From the human T2T-CHM13v2.0 reference genome, Homo sapiens: 64,000 bases of DNA. Under the pieces are notes generated by a model. That model did no database searches. It had not been told where the DNA came from and was given only the letters and a program-made list of their open reading frames with translations. Positions 44,901-63,495 of this stretch are shown here, in pieces. Numbering within the stretch: the first letter of the stretch is position 1; each line of letters begins with the position of its first letter. The stretch lies in assembly GCF_009914755.1 (NCBI RefSeq), contig NC_060927.1, one strand, 5' to 3'. A program made the position numbers and the translations under genes.

Positions 44901-46552
44901 GGACGTGGGGGTGGGTTGTGGTGGGGGAGAGTAGCGACAGTTCAGCACTCCCACTCCAAAGGAAGCTTTGATTTGAGCACTATTGCTATGATCTGTTTTA
45001 CATTGTAGGTGTCTACATAGAGGTTCGCATAAGAAGTTTAATTTTAAATTTGGTTAATTAGAAGTTAACACGGGGAAATAAAACTGAAGAATTACTGACA
45101 AGAATTTCAGCTTTATAATTTGTTGACAAAAATATCACAAGGATATAGTTCTTTGAAAGATACTGAAAGAGGAAAGGAATAAATTCAGTTCCCTTTTAAA
45201 GAAATATATTCAGTTCTCTTTTCGTTAATTTGAGGAAAAGAATGTTATCCAGGGCAGAAAGGACCCGTATTTATTCAAAAGATATATATTTTTTCTAAGG
45301 CGATATATACGTATGTGCACGTGTGTGTGTAAAATGGGATAGACAAAAACATTCTTTTATTACATTTTCTATTCAGCTGAAAAGCAATGTGAACATGTTG
45401 ACCTTGGAACCACTTCAGAGTGATGAGTCCATTAATAGGGGCACACCTCATATTCTGATTATTTCTCACATAAACATGGTGAGCAAATGATCTGTGGGAA
45501 GCTTTTGATGTTCTATTCCCTTCTTTCCTTTGCTGCAGCAATAGCTCTTTGCTATTTTAAATAATACTGAACACTGCCTGTGCAATTCATAAATATTTGC
45601 ATTTAGTAATTATATCAATAAAAGATTTGGAAGACTGAATTATGCTGAATCCATTTTATTTTCTGAAAAAGAGACAGAATCTTAATTAGCTTTAATTCTG
45701 GTACTCATTAACCCATATGGAATCTCTGGTTATGTACTGAATTCAAGTAGAATCTAAATCTTTACAAGACATTCTTGGAACAAAACCGAGGGGTTTTTTT
45801 CCCTATAGGTTTATTTTTCTCCTAAAATGCTAATTTTCTCTTGGGAGGGGTGATAAGAGGAATATTTATGGTTTTAAATAAGCTTAGATGATCTTTATCA
45901 CTACAATAATAAGACTAGAATTAAATAATTTCACTATGTTATGTAAGGAAAAAGGCCAAGTGTAATATAAACCAGAGAAGAAAAGCCACTCTAGGAAATT
46001 TTCTGGAGCACAATTTCATATAAAGTATGTGTACTTTTATAGATAACAGTTTTACCTAGTGATTCATCCTTTGTCATTTATTGAGGAATGGTTTTCTATG
46101 TTGTTTGCTCCTGTTAAGAAAATAAACCAATATAAGACACAATTCCTTCTTGCTGACAGGTCACCAATCCAGCTTAGAAAGTAGGAGATGGCTACACTTG
46201 TGAGACCCTTATTTTTATAGTTTCTATCAAAGAGTTACAATGAGTGGTCCTGAGTAAGAGTCATAGTGCCATTTCTGAGAACTGACTCTGTGCCAGGCAC
46301 TGTAATTTTTGCATAAATCACATTCATTCTTTATAACACCTAGTTTTGAAAATAAAAACACCTGAGCCATTGAATGGTTAAGAAACTTGCCCCAAGGTCA
46401 CACAGTTAGTGTACAGACTGAAGATTAAATGAGCAATAATAATCACAGTGCTTGGCATATTAGGTACTTCATAAACATTAGCTGATAGACCAGGTGGTGG
46501 TGGCAGTAGCAATAGTGTGTGCCAGTATCCTTCATAACAACCCTGTGAGCTA

Positions 46553-46888
46553 TGCACACTATATGTTTAAAATGGACAAATACCATTTTGCCTTTTGTCT
46601 ATAATTTGTGGGCATACCTGGAAATTCTAGGCCAGATGTGAAACTTCAAGATGGATCTCCTAGCACTTTTGGGGTTACAAACTCCCCAGCAAATTTGAGA
46701 TTGTTGAGATATTATCCAGGCCCACTGGGGAAAGTAAGGAGTAATTTTATATTTTATAATACCAAGTAGAACTTTGAATTTATAAGTGAGAATCTTGTAA
46801 AAATTCAGAGTGTTGAGTTAGAGAAAGACTCCTACATAAATACAGTACATTCTGAAGTTTGGAAAATATCCTCTAAGCATCACTGTTG

Positions 46889-46922
<34 letters not shown>

Positions 46923-47231
46923 TTTTAGATAAGATCTGGCTCTATCTCCCAGGCTGGAGTGCAGTCCTGCGATCTCGGGTTACTGCACCCTCCACCTCCC
47001 AGGCTCAAACCCTCCCAACTCAACTTCCAAAGTAGCTGACACTACAGGAACATGCACCATGCCCAGCTAATTTTTAGATTTTTGGTAGACATGGGGTTTT
47101 ACCATGTTGCCCAGCCTCGTCTCAAACTTCTGAGCTCAGGTGATCTGCCTGCCTCGGCCTCCTAAAGTGAGTGCTAGGATTACAGGTGTGAGCTATTGCA
47201 TCTGGCCTTGAATTATAATTTAAATAATTCA
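46553..47231 (+). repeat. Copy 1 of a ~340-bp local direct duplication, interrupted by AluJ
   Basis: Colinear with 50110-50473 plus 54161-54165; shared blocks tgtttaaaatggacaaatacca, agtaaggagtaattttatatttta and tgagttagagaaagac. Confidence 0.9.
46895..47207 (-). mobile_element. AluJb-like with a (TTAT)n tail
   Basis: Antisense dimer; TSD ttgaattat at 46886-94 and 47208-16. Confidence 0.9.
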
Positions 47232-48526
47232 TGAGCTAGTTACCAATTTTAATACTAATATTTCAACTAGGGAAACAGGCCCAGAGATGGTAAGTGACTT
47301 TCCTGGGAACATAAAGCTTTTAAGTAATAAAATAATAACTCACACCTACATGTTTCTTCCCATTTCCCCAGATCTGAAGTTTGGATTTTATTTTTAAGAG
47401 GGCAAGCACAATCACTGATGATTTTCTGCAGGAAGTGACAGTGATAATACTAGTAGTTAAAGGTTAGTATTGCCGTGATATTCTACAGAGATTGGGTGGT
47501 AAGGATCAAGTAAAATGGAAATTAGGGGCATAGGATCAGTTTAGAGGTTATTACAGCAATCTCAGTGTGATAAAAACTGATGTATTGAGAAACGAGACAT
47601 TGATTTTGGCAGCAAGAAATTTTTAAAAAGTAGAGATGAGCCTGCATGATGTTTAGAAGGAGGATTTATAGAATTTAGTGACAGGCTATGGAGCATCAAA
47701 GAGAGAGGTGTTTGCCTGGACCAAGAGCAATTGCAAAGCTGAGAACTATGCACGTTTCATTCACAGATATCTGCCTTGGTTAGCACATTGTCTGCTTCCC
47801 AGCAGAGGTTCAGTAAATACTTGGATAATACATTAATGAGTGACCAGTGGTAATGCCAGGCTTTGAGCTGAGTGTCCTACAGGGAAGCAGAGAAAGAGTG
47901 CAAGAAAGGGCGCTAGTTTGAATGAAAGAGGAATGTGATGTTGCATATGCTGAGTTCCAGTTGAGAAAATTGAAGATGAAGAGCTTCAAGTTGGATGTAA
48001 AAGACCCAAGTTCTGAGGCAATTCAAGTCTGGAGATGTCACTGCAGGGTCACTTGTGAAAAAGGCGATGATTGAGTTACTTAAAGGGACAAGATTTTCTT
48101 AAGATTAATGGGGAAGGAACAGGCCAGACGAGTGAATCTGGACCTCAGAGAAGCAAAATTAGGAGAAGGAATAACAAAGAGTTCTGTGGAGTATAAAGCC
48201 ATGGTCATTAAGGAAGGATCATATTTTCAATCAGAGGTGGCAGTGATGGTGTGCAGTGCTACAGACTGAACCAGGAAAGATAGAATGAAAAAAATGGCCT
48301 TTGATTTTGGCTGAAGAAGTTTATTGACAGTTTTGGAAAGAGGTATTTTATTTATACAGTGTTGCTTCAAGTCAGATTGTGAAGATTTGACAAGTGATTG
48401 TGTTGTTGATAGACATTCAAACAAAGCTTCAACAAGGACATTTCTTAGAGTTGAGAAGGACACCTTACATGAAGATGCTGTTGTTGTCAAGATAGGGAGA
48501 AATAAATCCTCTGTACTCATGGTCTG

Positions 48527-48904
48527 TGTTATGAGCTAAATCATGTGTCTGCAAAATTCACAATTTGATGTCTTAACCCCCAATATCTCAGAATGTCACT
48601 GTATTTAATGGTAAGGTCTTTAAAGAGGAGTTTAAGTTAAAATGAGGCCCTTAGAGTGGGAACTTAATCCAATATGACTGGTGTCCTTTTAGGAAGTGAA
48701 AGAGACACCAGGAACATGCATGCACAAAAGGCGGCCATGTGAAGAGGCAACAAGAGGGTGGCTGTCTGCAAGCTAAGGACAGGGACCTCAGGAGAATCCA
48801 ACTCTGCTGACACTTTGATCCTGGACTCCAGCCTCCAGAACTCTGAGAAAATAAAGTTCTGTTGTCAAAATCATTTTGCCTTGGCAGCCTGAGCAAACTG
48901 ATAG
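48527..48904 (+). mobile_element. MLT1A/B LTR
   Basis: tgttatgagctaaat...taatccaatatgactggtgtcctt...ctccagcctccagaactctgagaaaataaag. Confidence 0.88.
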
Positions 48905-50109
48905 AGTCTGCAAAATGGAGGAGGGGGTTAAGTGTGGAAAGAGGAGCACCCAGTATAGGGAAAGTAGATCTCAGAGAATATATGTACCTGCAAAAACAAC
49001 ATAAAATCAATTGAAAAGTTAAAACAATTAAATGCTTATGGCCAAATAACATAAGCTATGTGATATTTCTTTATCTTTTACTTTTCTAAAACATTTTAAT
49101 ATTTGTGTTTTCCCACTGGATGCACCAATCCAATGCTTTAAAGTTTGGAACCTGGTGTTCAAGCTTCGTAAGATGGAATCAATTTTCCATTTTGCTGTCT
49201 TTGTGTTGTTGTCTCTTAACAAACCACTACCCACTGGTGTGAAGGCGAAGCAGAGAGGCTTTGACATTGCTCTCAAAGCCTTCCATGTCATTATTTTTTA
49301 TTTAATTGTAATTGGGACAACAATCAATCAGCTAATACCATATTTTGCTTATATTTTTAGAACATTTTTAGACTCCCTTTATGTTTCCTTAACACTGTAT
49401 GGAATTCTGAGGTTGATTTGAGTTCATGAAGACTAAGAAGAATTTTCTTCCTCACCTAAGGAATCCAAAGATTCTTGGAGCTTCTTCAGGTTCTCGTCTT
49501 ATCTCATGACCATTTTGAAAAGAGGGTCATGAATGAACCATTTTGAGTTACTTCATTTGAATCTTACTATCTAAAGCAGGGAATAAAATTTAAAACCTGT
49601 TTGTGAGGCTCTGTCCTTGTAGATAATCCACATTCTTTCTGATTTTTGATAGTGCACATAATCAGCAAGCAGCTAGACAGCTGGAGGAGATACGTAAATG
49701 AGAGAAATTTGTAGATGTCCACATGAAGTGGACATGTTAATCCCCCTTTATCCTCTAAAAGCTTCCCTAGGGGAGGCAGTTCTCTGCCCTGTGGAAGATG
49801 TTTTTTTCCAAAGCTAGCCCAAGATGGGAACAATGATATTTTAAACTTGGCAAGATTTCATTTAGAAAATCAGGCCCTTGAGACTGCTCTGAAAGGATTG
49901 ACTCTGCTCCCATCTGGGATTTATTTAATCCTTTCATTGTTTCTTAGGTGAGTTTTCAAAAAACACATTGACAAGCTGTCTAGTGTGCCAATAAAGAATC
50001 TATTGGATACTTCCTCTTAATAGAACTTCATAATCTTACTTCTGTAGATGTCTGAAAAGTGGAATTTGTACTCGCCCAAAAAATTATGCTGAAACTTAAC
50101 TGTGGTAAT

Positions 50110-50473
50110 TGTATACTGTGGTGTTTAAAATGGACAAATACCACATGGCCTTTTGTCTATGATTTGTGGGCATAGCTGGAAATTTTTAGTCTGGGGGCAT
50201 AATTTCTACATGGATCTCTCAGCACTTTGTGGGTTACAAAATAATATCTTTTACTCTTCTGCAATTTTGAGGTTGTTTAGATATCCAGACCCGCTGGAGA
50301 CAGTAAGGAGTAATTTTATATTTTATGCTATCAGGTTAAACTTTGAATTCATAGGTGAGAACCTTGTAAAAATTTAGAGTACTGAGTTAGAGAAAGACCC
50401 CTATATAAACACAGTGGATTCATAAACCCAGAAAATATCCTCTAATCCCTATTGTTGAATTAGAATTTAAATA
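50110..50473 (+). repeat. Copy 2 (probable donor) of the ~340-bp duplication
   Basis: Aligns by eye to 46553-46894. Confidence 0.9.
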
Positions 50474-54148
<3,675 letters not shown>

Positions 54149-54356
54149 AGAATTTAAATAATCCAAATTCTATTGTATGATCAATCACTTTTATATCCCA
54201 AGTCTTCAAATCTTTCAGGGTTTCCAGTTACATACATATGATATTTTGGATATAGTTTTTGAAAATGAAAGAGCCTAACATCAAATTTGCTAATAAGTTT
54301 ACAGTTACATTCTACTCTACACAGCCTCCCTCAAATTATGTTTAATATTAGTATAG

Positions 54357-55284
54357 CCAGTTTTCCCAGCACCATTTATTAAATAGGGAATCCCTTCCCC
54401 ATTGCTTGTTTTTGTAAGGTTTGTCAAAGATCAGATGGTTGTAGATGTGTGGTGTTATTTCTGAGGCCTCTGTTCTGTTCCATTGGCCTATATATCTCTT
54501 TTTGTACCAGTACCATGCTGTTTTGGTTATCACTGGTCATCAGAGAAATGCAAATCAAAACCACAATGAGATACCATCTCACACCAGTTAGAATAGCGAT
54601 CATTAAAAAGTCAGGAAAAACAGATGCTGGAGAGGATGCAGAGAAATAGGAACACTTTTACACTGTTGGTGGCAGTGTAAATTAGTTTAAGCATTGTGGA
54701 AGACAGTGTGGTGATTCCTCAAGGATCTAGAACTAGAAATACCATTTGACCCAGCAATCCCATTACTGGTTATATACTCAAAGGATTATAAATCATGCTA
54801 CTATAAAGACACATGCACACGTATGTTTACTGCAGCACTATTCACAACAGCAAAGACTTGGAACCAACCCAAATGTCCATCAATGATAGACTGGATTAAG
54901 AAAACATGGCACATATACACCATGGAATACTATGCAGCCACAAAAAAGGATGAGTTCATGTCCTTTGCAGGGACATGGACGAAGCTGGAAACCATCATTC
55001 TCAGCAAACTATCACAAGGACAGGAAACCAAACACCGCATGTTCTCACTCGTAGGTGGGAACTGAAGAATGAGAACACCTGGACACAGGGCAAGGAACAT
55101 CACACACTGGGGCCTGTCATAGAGTAGGGGCTGGGGGAGGGATAGCATTAGGACAAATACCTAATATAAATGACGAGTTGATGTGTGCAGCAAACCAACA
55201 TGGCACATGTATACCTGTGTAACAAACCTGCACGTTGTGCATATGTACCCTAGAACTTAAAGTATAATAATAATAATAATAATA
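54357..55284 (+). mobile_element. 5'-truncated, 5'-inverted L1PA (approximately PA5-7)
   Basis: Antisense ORF2 piece 54357-54530 joined to sense 3' end 54531-55284 with a (TAA)n tail; TSD attagtatag at 54347-56 and 55285-94. Confidence 0.92.
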
Positions 55285-55394
55285 ATTAGTATAGTGACTT
55301 TATTTACTCCTACTTTTAAAAATTACTGTCTAGATGTCAGTGTGTCCAAAATGTCTATCTCTGTCCTTTACTTGCCCTTTAAACTCCAGTTATG

Positions 55395-56495
55395 AGTGTG
55401 CAGTGATCCACCAAACATGTCCACTTGAGTGTCTAAAGTCATCTAGGAATTAATATGTTGAAGAAGAAAGTATTGCTTTCCACCTTAAAACCTGCTTCTC
55501 CTCCAGTATTCTTCTGCTGTCAGTAAGTAGCACCACCAACCACTCAACTAGACAAGCCCCAAACCTAGGAGTCAGCCTTGGTTTCTCTTCTGTTTTCTCC
55601 CTTGTCTTCCCAATTCATCAGCAAATATTCTCAATAGAACTTTTTGGGCCCATCTGAAATCCATCTATTTCTCTGTGTGTTCACTATTCTCATCCTAGCC
55701 CAAACCATTGCCATCTCTCAAGAAGGTTCCTGCTACAATCTTCTAAGTCGTTCTAGTTTTGTCTTCTCTAATTTTGCTTTTAAACTTCTGGTTTTACCTC
55801 TCTAAAATCTGTTCTCTACACATATGCAAGAATGATCTTGTTATAACTTGTATTAGTTATAACTTGCATTAGTTAACATAAGTTATAACTTGCATTAGTT
55901 AACATCCCCTTTCAAAAACCTCTAATGGCTTCCTCGTACTTAGGATAAAATACTATTTATCCTGGCCTATAACATCGTATATGATAAGACTGCTTTCTCA
56001 TCTCTCTACCTCACTATAGGCTTCTCTCTACATTAGTCACTTTTCTTTCACCACTCTGGGCTTCTTTTTGTCTCTGTAAAGGGGCAAAAGCTTCTACCCC
56101 AGTGCCTTTGCAGTTGCTGAACTCTCAGACCTGTTCATCACCCACCTCTCCCAAGATATTCACGTGATTGTGAATCATTCTTTCACAGAATGATTCTGTG
56201 AAGAATCTGAGAAGATTCTTCTGAGAAGAAGGCTCTTTCTTCTCATTCAGGGTTTAGTTAAGGTGCTAATTTATTAGAGTAATTATTATTGATTGTCTCA
56301 TCTGGAGTAGCCCCTGTCTCTATCATTTTCTTTTTGTTTGATTCATGACACTAGTTACTGTCTGATATTTTTTCTTTATTTATTTGATTATTGACTCTTT
56401 CCCCCACTAAAATGTGTGCTTTACAAGAACCATACCTGTTTTATTCTCTATTGTATTCCTAGAGCATAAAATGGCTCCTGGTGCATAACAAAACC
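55395..56495 (+). mobile_element. L2 3' portion
   Basis: aaacctgcttctcctccag...aaacctaggagtcagccttg...ttgtattcctagagcataaaatggctcctgg. Confidence 0.75.
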
Positions 56496-59239
56496 TTAAA
56501 GAGTCATGCCAACATTGTATTTTTATTGCAGTGAGTTTCATGCCTTACACTAATTTCTCTCCTTAGCATTCTCTCTTCAACATCCCGTTTTTCCCAAGTA
56601 CAACTGATGTAGCTATGTATAAGTTGAGGAAATGATTTCATTTTTAAGTTTTTATCAAAAAGGTTAAAATAAAATCCAAGATTAATGTTAATAGATTCTG
56701 AAACATATCTGCTGCTAAATGACTTAAACGTTCAAGAAAGAGCACATAAGAAATAAATCTCAATTTACTTAAAAGCAGCAGAAATAAAGTTTTCTTCCAA
56801 AATTTCTTAACAGGATGTGGCATTTTATTACTGGATTTTTAGCCAGTGGTTCTCCAGGCTCTTGAGGCTTAAATAGATGAAATGTACAGTTCTAGGTTTA
56901 AGAGGTACTTGCTCCTATGTTAGAAGTCACTTTAAGATAAGAAAAGAAGCCTTATTTTATAATTATCAGGTTTAAGCAGAACTGACAGCCTGGAAAGGTA
57001 CAGTAAAATAGCTTCAGGACAATAGCAAATTTCAGTACATCATGCCAACCTATCATCTTTTATGGAATCCCATACTTTGAGTTAAGATCTTTCTTTCAGT
57101 ATGCTACCAAATAAAAGGTTAAAAAAATTAGAATCAACCAGCAAGGATGGAACAATCCAAGTGAGATACATCTTAGTTTTTTTTTTAAACCCTGCTTCAT
57201 GAAGACACAATTCTCTAGAAAATTGGGATCTGTGTTATTAAACAAAAACATTAATTACATGGTTTTATATTTAGCAGAGCACTGTAGAGTTATTCAGAAT
57301 GTTCTATGTTTCATGATTTTTCCTCTTACTGCCAAGTTGAATCTTTAATAAAACAAGTATAATGGAAATTAGGAGAGTATAGGAAATTTAGCATATAAGA
57401 ATAAATTAAGCATAAGATTATTTTTTCCCCAGGACATTAAACATTAAATATTAATAGATCAAGTTCAATAAGAAGTTGTATTGGTTCAGAAAGTAAAGAA
57501 TAAAAATTCAGATTATGAATTTTTAGTGTTGACCTATAAATTCATATTGCATTTATTATAAGAGCATAAAAACTTTAGAAAGAAAATTGTATAATATAGT
57601 GAAATATTTTCAACAAAGGATAATTCCATATGTATTTTTGTACATAAATTATAGGTATTTAGTATAATAATGCTATAAACTACACAAATGCTTATAATTG
57701 ATCTAGTATAATATTTTGTAATGTAACTTTGAGTGTCCAGAGTTATAGCATTAAATAACATTCAATTATACAGTGGGAAAGGTATTTCCTTCACATTTTC
57801 TCTCTTTAAACTCTATTATGGAACTTTGTAAATACACAGAAAAATAGAGACAGTAGAATTATAAACCAACCTATATTAATCATTCAGTTTATGTTTAGAT
57901 TGGGGTTCATTTTTTGTCTGTGGATGCCCAGTTGCTCTGCCACCATTCATTGAAAAGGCTATTCTTCTTCTTTTGAATTCCTTTTGCAACTTTGTCAAAA
58001 ATCAGTTGAACATACTTGCTTTGGTCTATTTCTGGGTTCTCTACTGTATTCTATTTATATGTCTTCCCCTCTGCCAATATTGGAGTTTTGATAACTATGA
58101 GTATGTAATAAGTCTTGAAATTGGGTAAACTGATTTCTCTCATTTTATTCTGTTCTGTTTCAACATTGTTTTAGTTATTCTCATTCCTTTGCCTTTCCAC
58201 ATAAAATCTTGCTGGAGATACGCCTGTATTATCTTATCCTCTTGACGTCTGCAGGGTCTGTAGCGATATATACCCTGTCTCATTTCTAGTATTAGTAATA
58301 TATGCCACCTCTCCTTTTTTTTTCTACTGTTATTTATTTATATTCTTATTTTAATTATTTGCTTCCTTTTCCTTGTCTTGGGTTTATTTTGCTCCCTTTA
58401 TTTTAAGAGTTGCAGTGTGAAAGTTTAGATTACTGATTTAGGATTCTAAAAATCTTCTCTAATGTAAGTGGTTTGTATTATAAGTATGTTTCTTAGCACT
58501 GCGTGCTAAGAATACACAAAATGTGTTTTACACATTGTGATAATGTGTTTTTATTTTCATTCAATTCAATGTATTTTAAAAATTTCTTTTGAGACTTTTT
58601 GAAAATCATAAATGTAGCATGCATAAGTGTTTTTTTAGTTTCCAAGTGTTTGGGGGAAGTTTTATGTTACATTTCTGTTATTGAATTTCTAGTTTGGTTT
58701 CATTGAGTATTCTGTATAATTTTAATTCTTTTAAATTTGTTGAGTTTTGTTTTATGGCCTTGGATATGGCCTGTCTTTGTATGTGTTCATAGGAACTTGA
58801 AAAGTATGTATATCCTGCTGTTGAAAAGTATATGTATTCTGCTGTCGTTTGGTGAAGAGTTCCATAATGTTGATTAGATTCTGTTGGTTGGTGATATTCT
58901 TGAGTTATTCTATTATCCTTGCCCTTTTTCTTTCTACTTGTTTCATCAATTATTGGAAGGAGGTGTTAATGTCCCTAAAAACAATTGCGGATTTGCCTTT
59001 CTCTCTTTTCAGTTCTACTGGTTTTTGCTTCAACTGGAAGTTTGTAGCTCTGTTTTTTGGTATGTACACATTTAGAACTGCTATGTCTTCTTGGATTAAA
59101 CTCTTTGGCCTTACATAATGTCTCTTTCTGTCTTTGTTAATTTTCTTTACTTTGAAGTTTACTTTATCTCATTTTAATATTGCTATTCTTTCTTTCTTTT
59201 GATTACTGTTTGTATATCTTTTTTGATTCTTTTGCTTTC

Positions 59240-61149
<1,910 letters not shown>

Positions 61150-62984
61150 AGTGAATTTCTTTTAGATAGCATATTGTTGGGTAATGTATTTTAATCTGTT
61201 CTTCCAATCTCTTTCTTGTAATTGGTATATTTGGACCATTTACATTTAATGTTACTATCCATCTGTTAAAGCCTGCCATTTTATTTCGTGTTTTCTGTTC
61301 ATTCTCTCTGTGTATTGTTTCTCTGACTCCCTCTGTTTATTCTCTTCTTCCTTTTTCCTGCCTTCCTGTGGATTACTGAAACATCTCTTTAAATTTCATT
61401 TTGATTTACACTAATGCTTTTAAGTGTACATCTTTGTATGGCTTTTTTAGGGGTTCCTTCAGGCATTTATTTACGCACAACTTAACGAAATCTACTAGTG
61501 TCAACATTTTACCATTTCAAGTAAAGTACAGAAAACTTACCTCCTGCTTTTCTTTTATATCCCCAGTTTATAATTTTTTTAAACATTTCTTTTAAATACA
61601 CTTACAACTACATCAGACAATGTTATTATTTTCACCATCAAACATAATTTAGAAAACTCAAGAAGGGAAGGAAACTGTATTATATTTGCCCATAATCTGA
61701 CTGTACTAGGTTTCCACTGATACAACTCCAGCAGGAGGGGTGCCTCATTACTGCTGAGTGTGGATGGAAATCCAGGCTCCGAAGGTGATCTTCATATTCT
61801 CCCAGGGCCATTGTTACTGCCCAAAGGCATGAAAGTTCTGGCTCTCTACTCACCCTTCTCTGACACCACCCAGGTTGGATTTGGAGGTGAGAGTGAGGGA
61901 GTAGTTAGGGTTCTCCATTACAGCCTGGTGAATTTGGAAGCCTGGGTTTCCCACTTGACCTTTGCTGGCACAGATAGAAGTAAGGCCACAGTTGTTTTCA
62001 GTGGTGTTTGACTGGCATAGACTAGCTATATTCTTAAAGTTTCCTTGCCAGGTTGTTCTTTTCGTGGTGCTTTGTCTAGAAAAAGAAGGCTTTTGTTGGA
62101 ACTTTGTCTGCCCTCATTGGTATTTCCAGATTGCTGGCTTTTCCATCTCCATATCTGAGATGTATGAGGCAAAAAGAAATCTCGGGGAACACACCACTGT
62201 GTCTATTCATCGGTGCCAAGGTCCCTGGCCAATCTGCCTTTTTCTCCTCCTTTCGGAGTCGTCTTATGTGTGTTTTATATATAATTTCTAGGGTTTTTAG
62301 TTGTACTTAGAAGGAGAAACAATGAAAATTATGTCCACTCCATCTTCCCTCTGTGCTGTTTTTTACTTTCCCACCTCTTGCCTTTTTCTCATTTACTTAT
62401 TGAAGAGAGGAGGGGTTTTGGTTTTTGTTTGTTTTAAAGAATTTCCAACATTCTGGATTGGATGGTTGTATTCTTTTGTATCACTTAATACATTATTCTA
62501 TCTCCTCTGTTACTACAATCTGCTCATTAGAACTAGAGACTTGATTTACTTCAGGTTTAATTCTTTACAAGATTATTTTATGGAAAGTGTTGTAGAGATC
62601 TTCACACTAGGAGATGCGAAACATTTAGTCATTTCACTCCTAGGGAGTTTAAGGTTTACATGACTTAAGGATTTGTTTTCTTATTCATTGCATAGTTTCC
62701 CATCAACTTTCTCTGATGGTTTTTGTATTCAGTTTTATTTCAGCCATAATAAAAGAGCACACCCTTTTCCCAAACACGTTCTGAACAAATTGATAATAAA
62801 ATGAAGTAGTAGCACTGGAGGTCAAGGGTTAAATTGGAAAAGAGCATAAAATAAGATGCAATACCTCCCAAGAGAAAAGAATAGAGCTGAGCCAAGAGTG
62901 TCCTTTATCTTTTCCATATTTATTAAGCAGACAAGTCACTCCACCTCTCCTGGAGCAGCATAGCAAAAGAATAAAAGAGGCCAG

Positions 62985-63210
62985 GACCAGGCGCAGTGGC
63001 TCATGCCTGTAATCCTACCACTTTGGGAGGCCAAGGTGGGCAGATTGCCTGAGCTCAGGAGTTCAAGACCAACCTGGGCAACACAGTGAAACCCCATTTC
63101 TGCTAAAATACAAAAAATTAGCCAGGCATGATTGCAGTGAGCCGAGATAGCACCACTGCCCTCCAGCCTAGGCAACAGAGCAAGACTCTGTCTCCAAATA
63201 AATAAATAAA
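62985..63210 (+). mobile_element. Alu (Sz/Jb-like) with an internal right-arm deletion
   Basis: gccaggcatg|attgcagtga junction at 63130/63131; TSD aataaaagaggccag at 62970-84 and 63211-25. Confidence 0.9.
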
Positions 63211-63362
63211 AATAAAAGAGGCCAGGAGCTACACTAATGGAACTCCTATTGTATGAAGCTAAGAACAGGAGTGGGAAATAGCACTCCTCTCTATGATGAC
63301 ACCAAGAAGAACATCTTTGCTTCATAAAAATCTCCTCTATAATAGTTTAATAAATGGCTGGC

Positions 63363-63495
63363 AGTGGTGACTTTAGTTATTAATACTGTAGTGCTTACTT
63401 GAAATTTGCTAAGTACTAGATCTTAAATGTCCTCACCATATGCACACACATACACAAAAGGGTAACTATGTGTGGTGATGAATGTGTTGCTTAAT
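63363..63495 (+). mobile_element. L1MA/MB 3' UTR fragment
   Basis: acttgaaatttgctaag...agatcttaaatgtcctcacca...ggtaactatgtgtggtgatg. Confidence 0.75.

Noticed and set aside
55840-55905. Short palindromic repeats resembling a CRISPR array
   Set aside because: No unique spacers, no cas genes, and a human repeat context
58490-58512. 10-bp-stem hairpin ttcttagcac-tgc-gtgctaagaa
   Set aside because: Isolated, inside an old L1; too short to call an RNA gene or terminator
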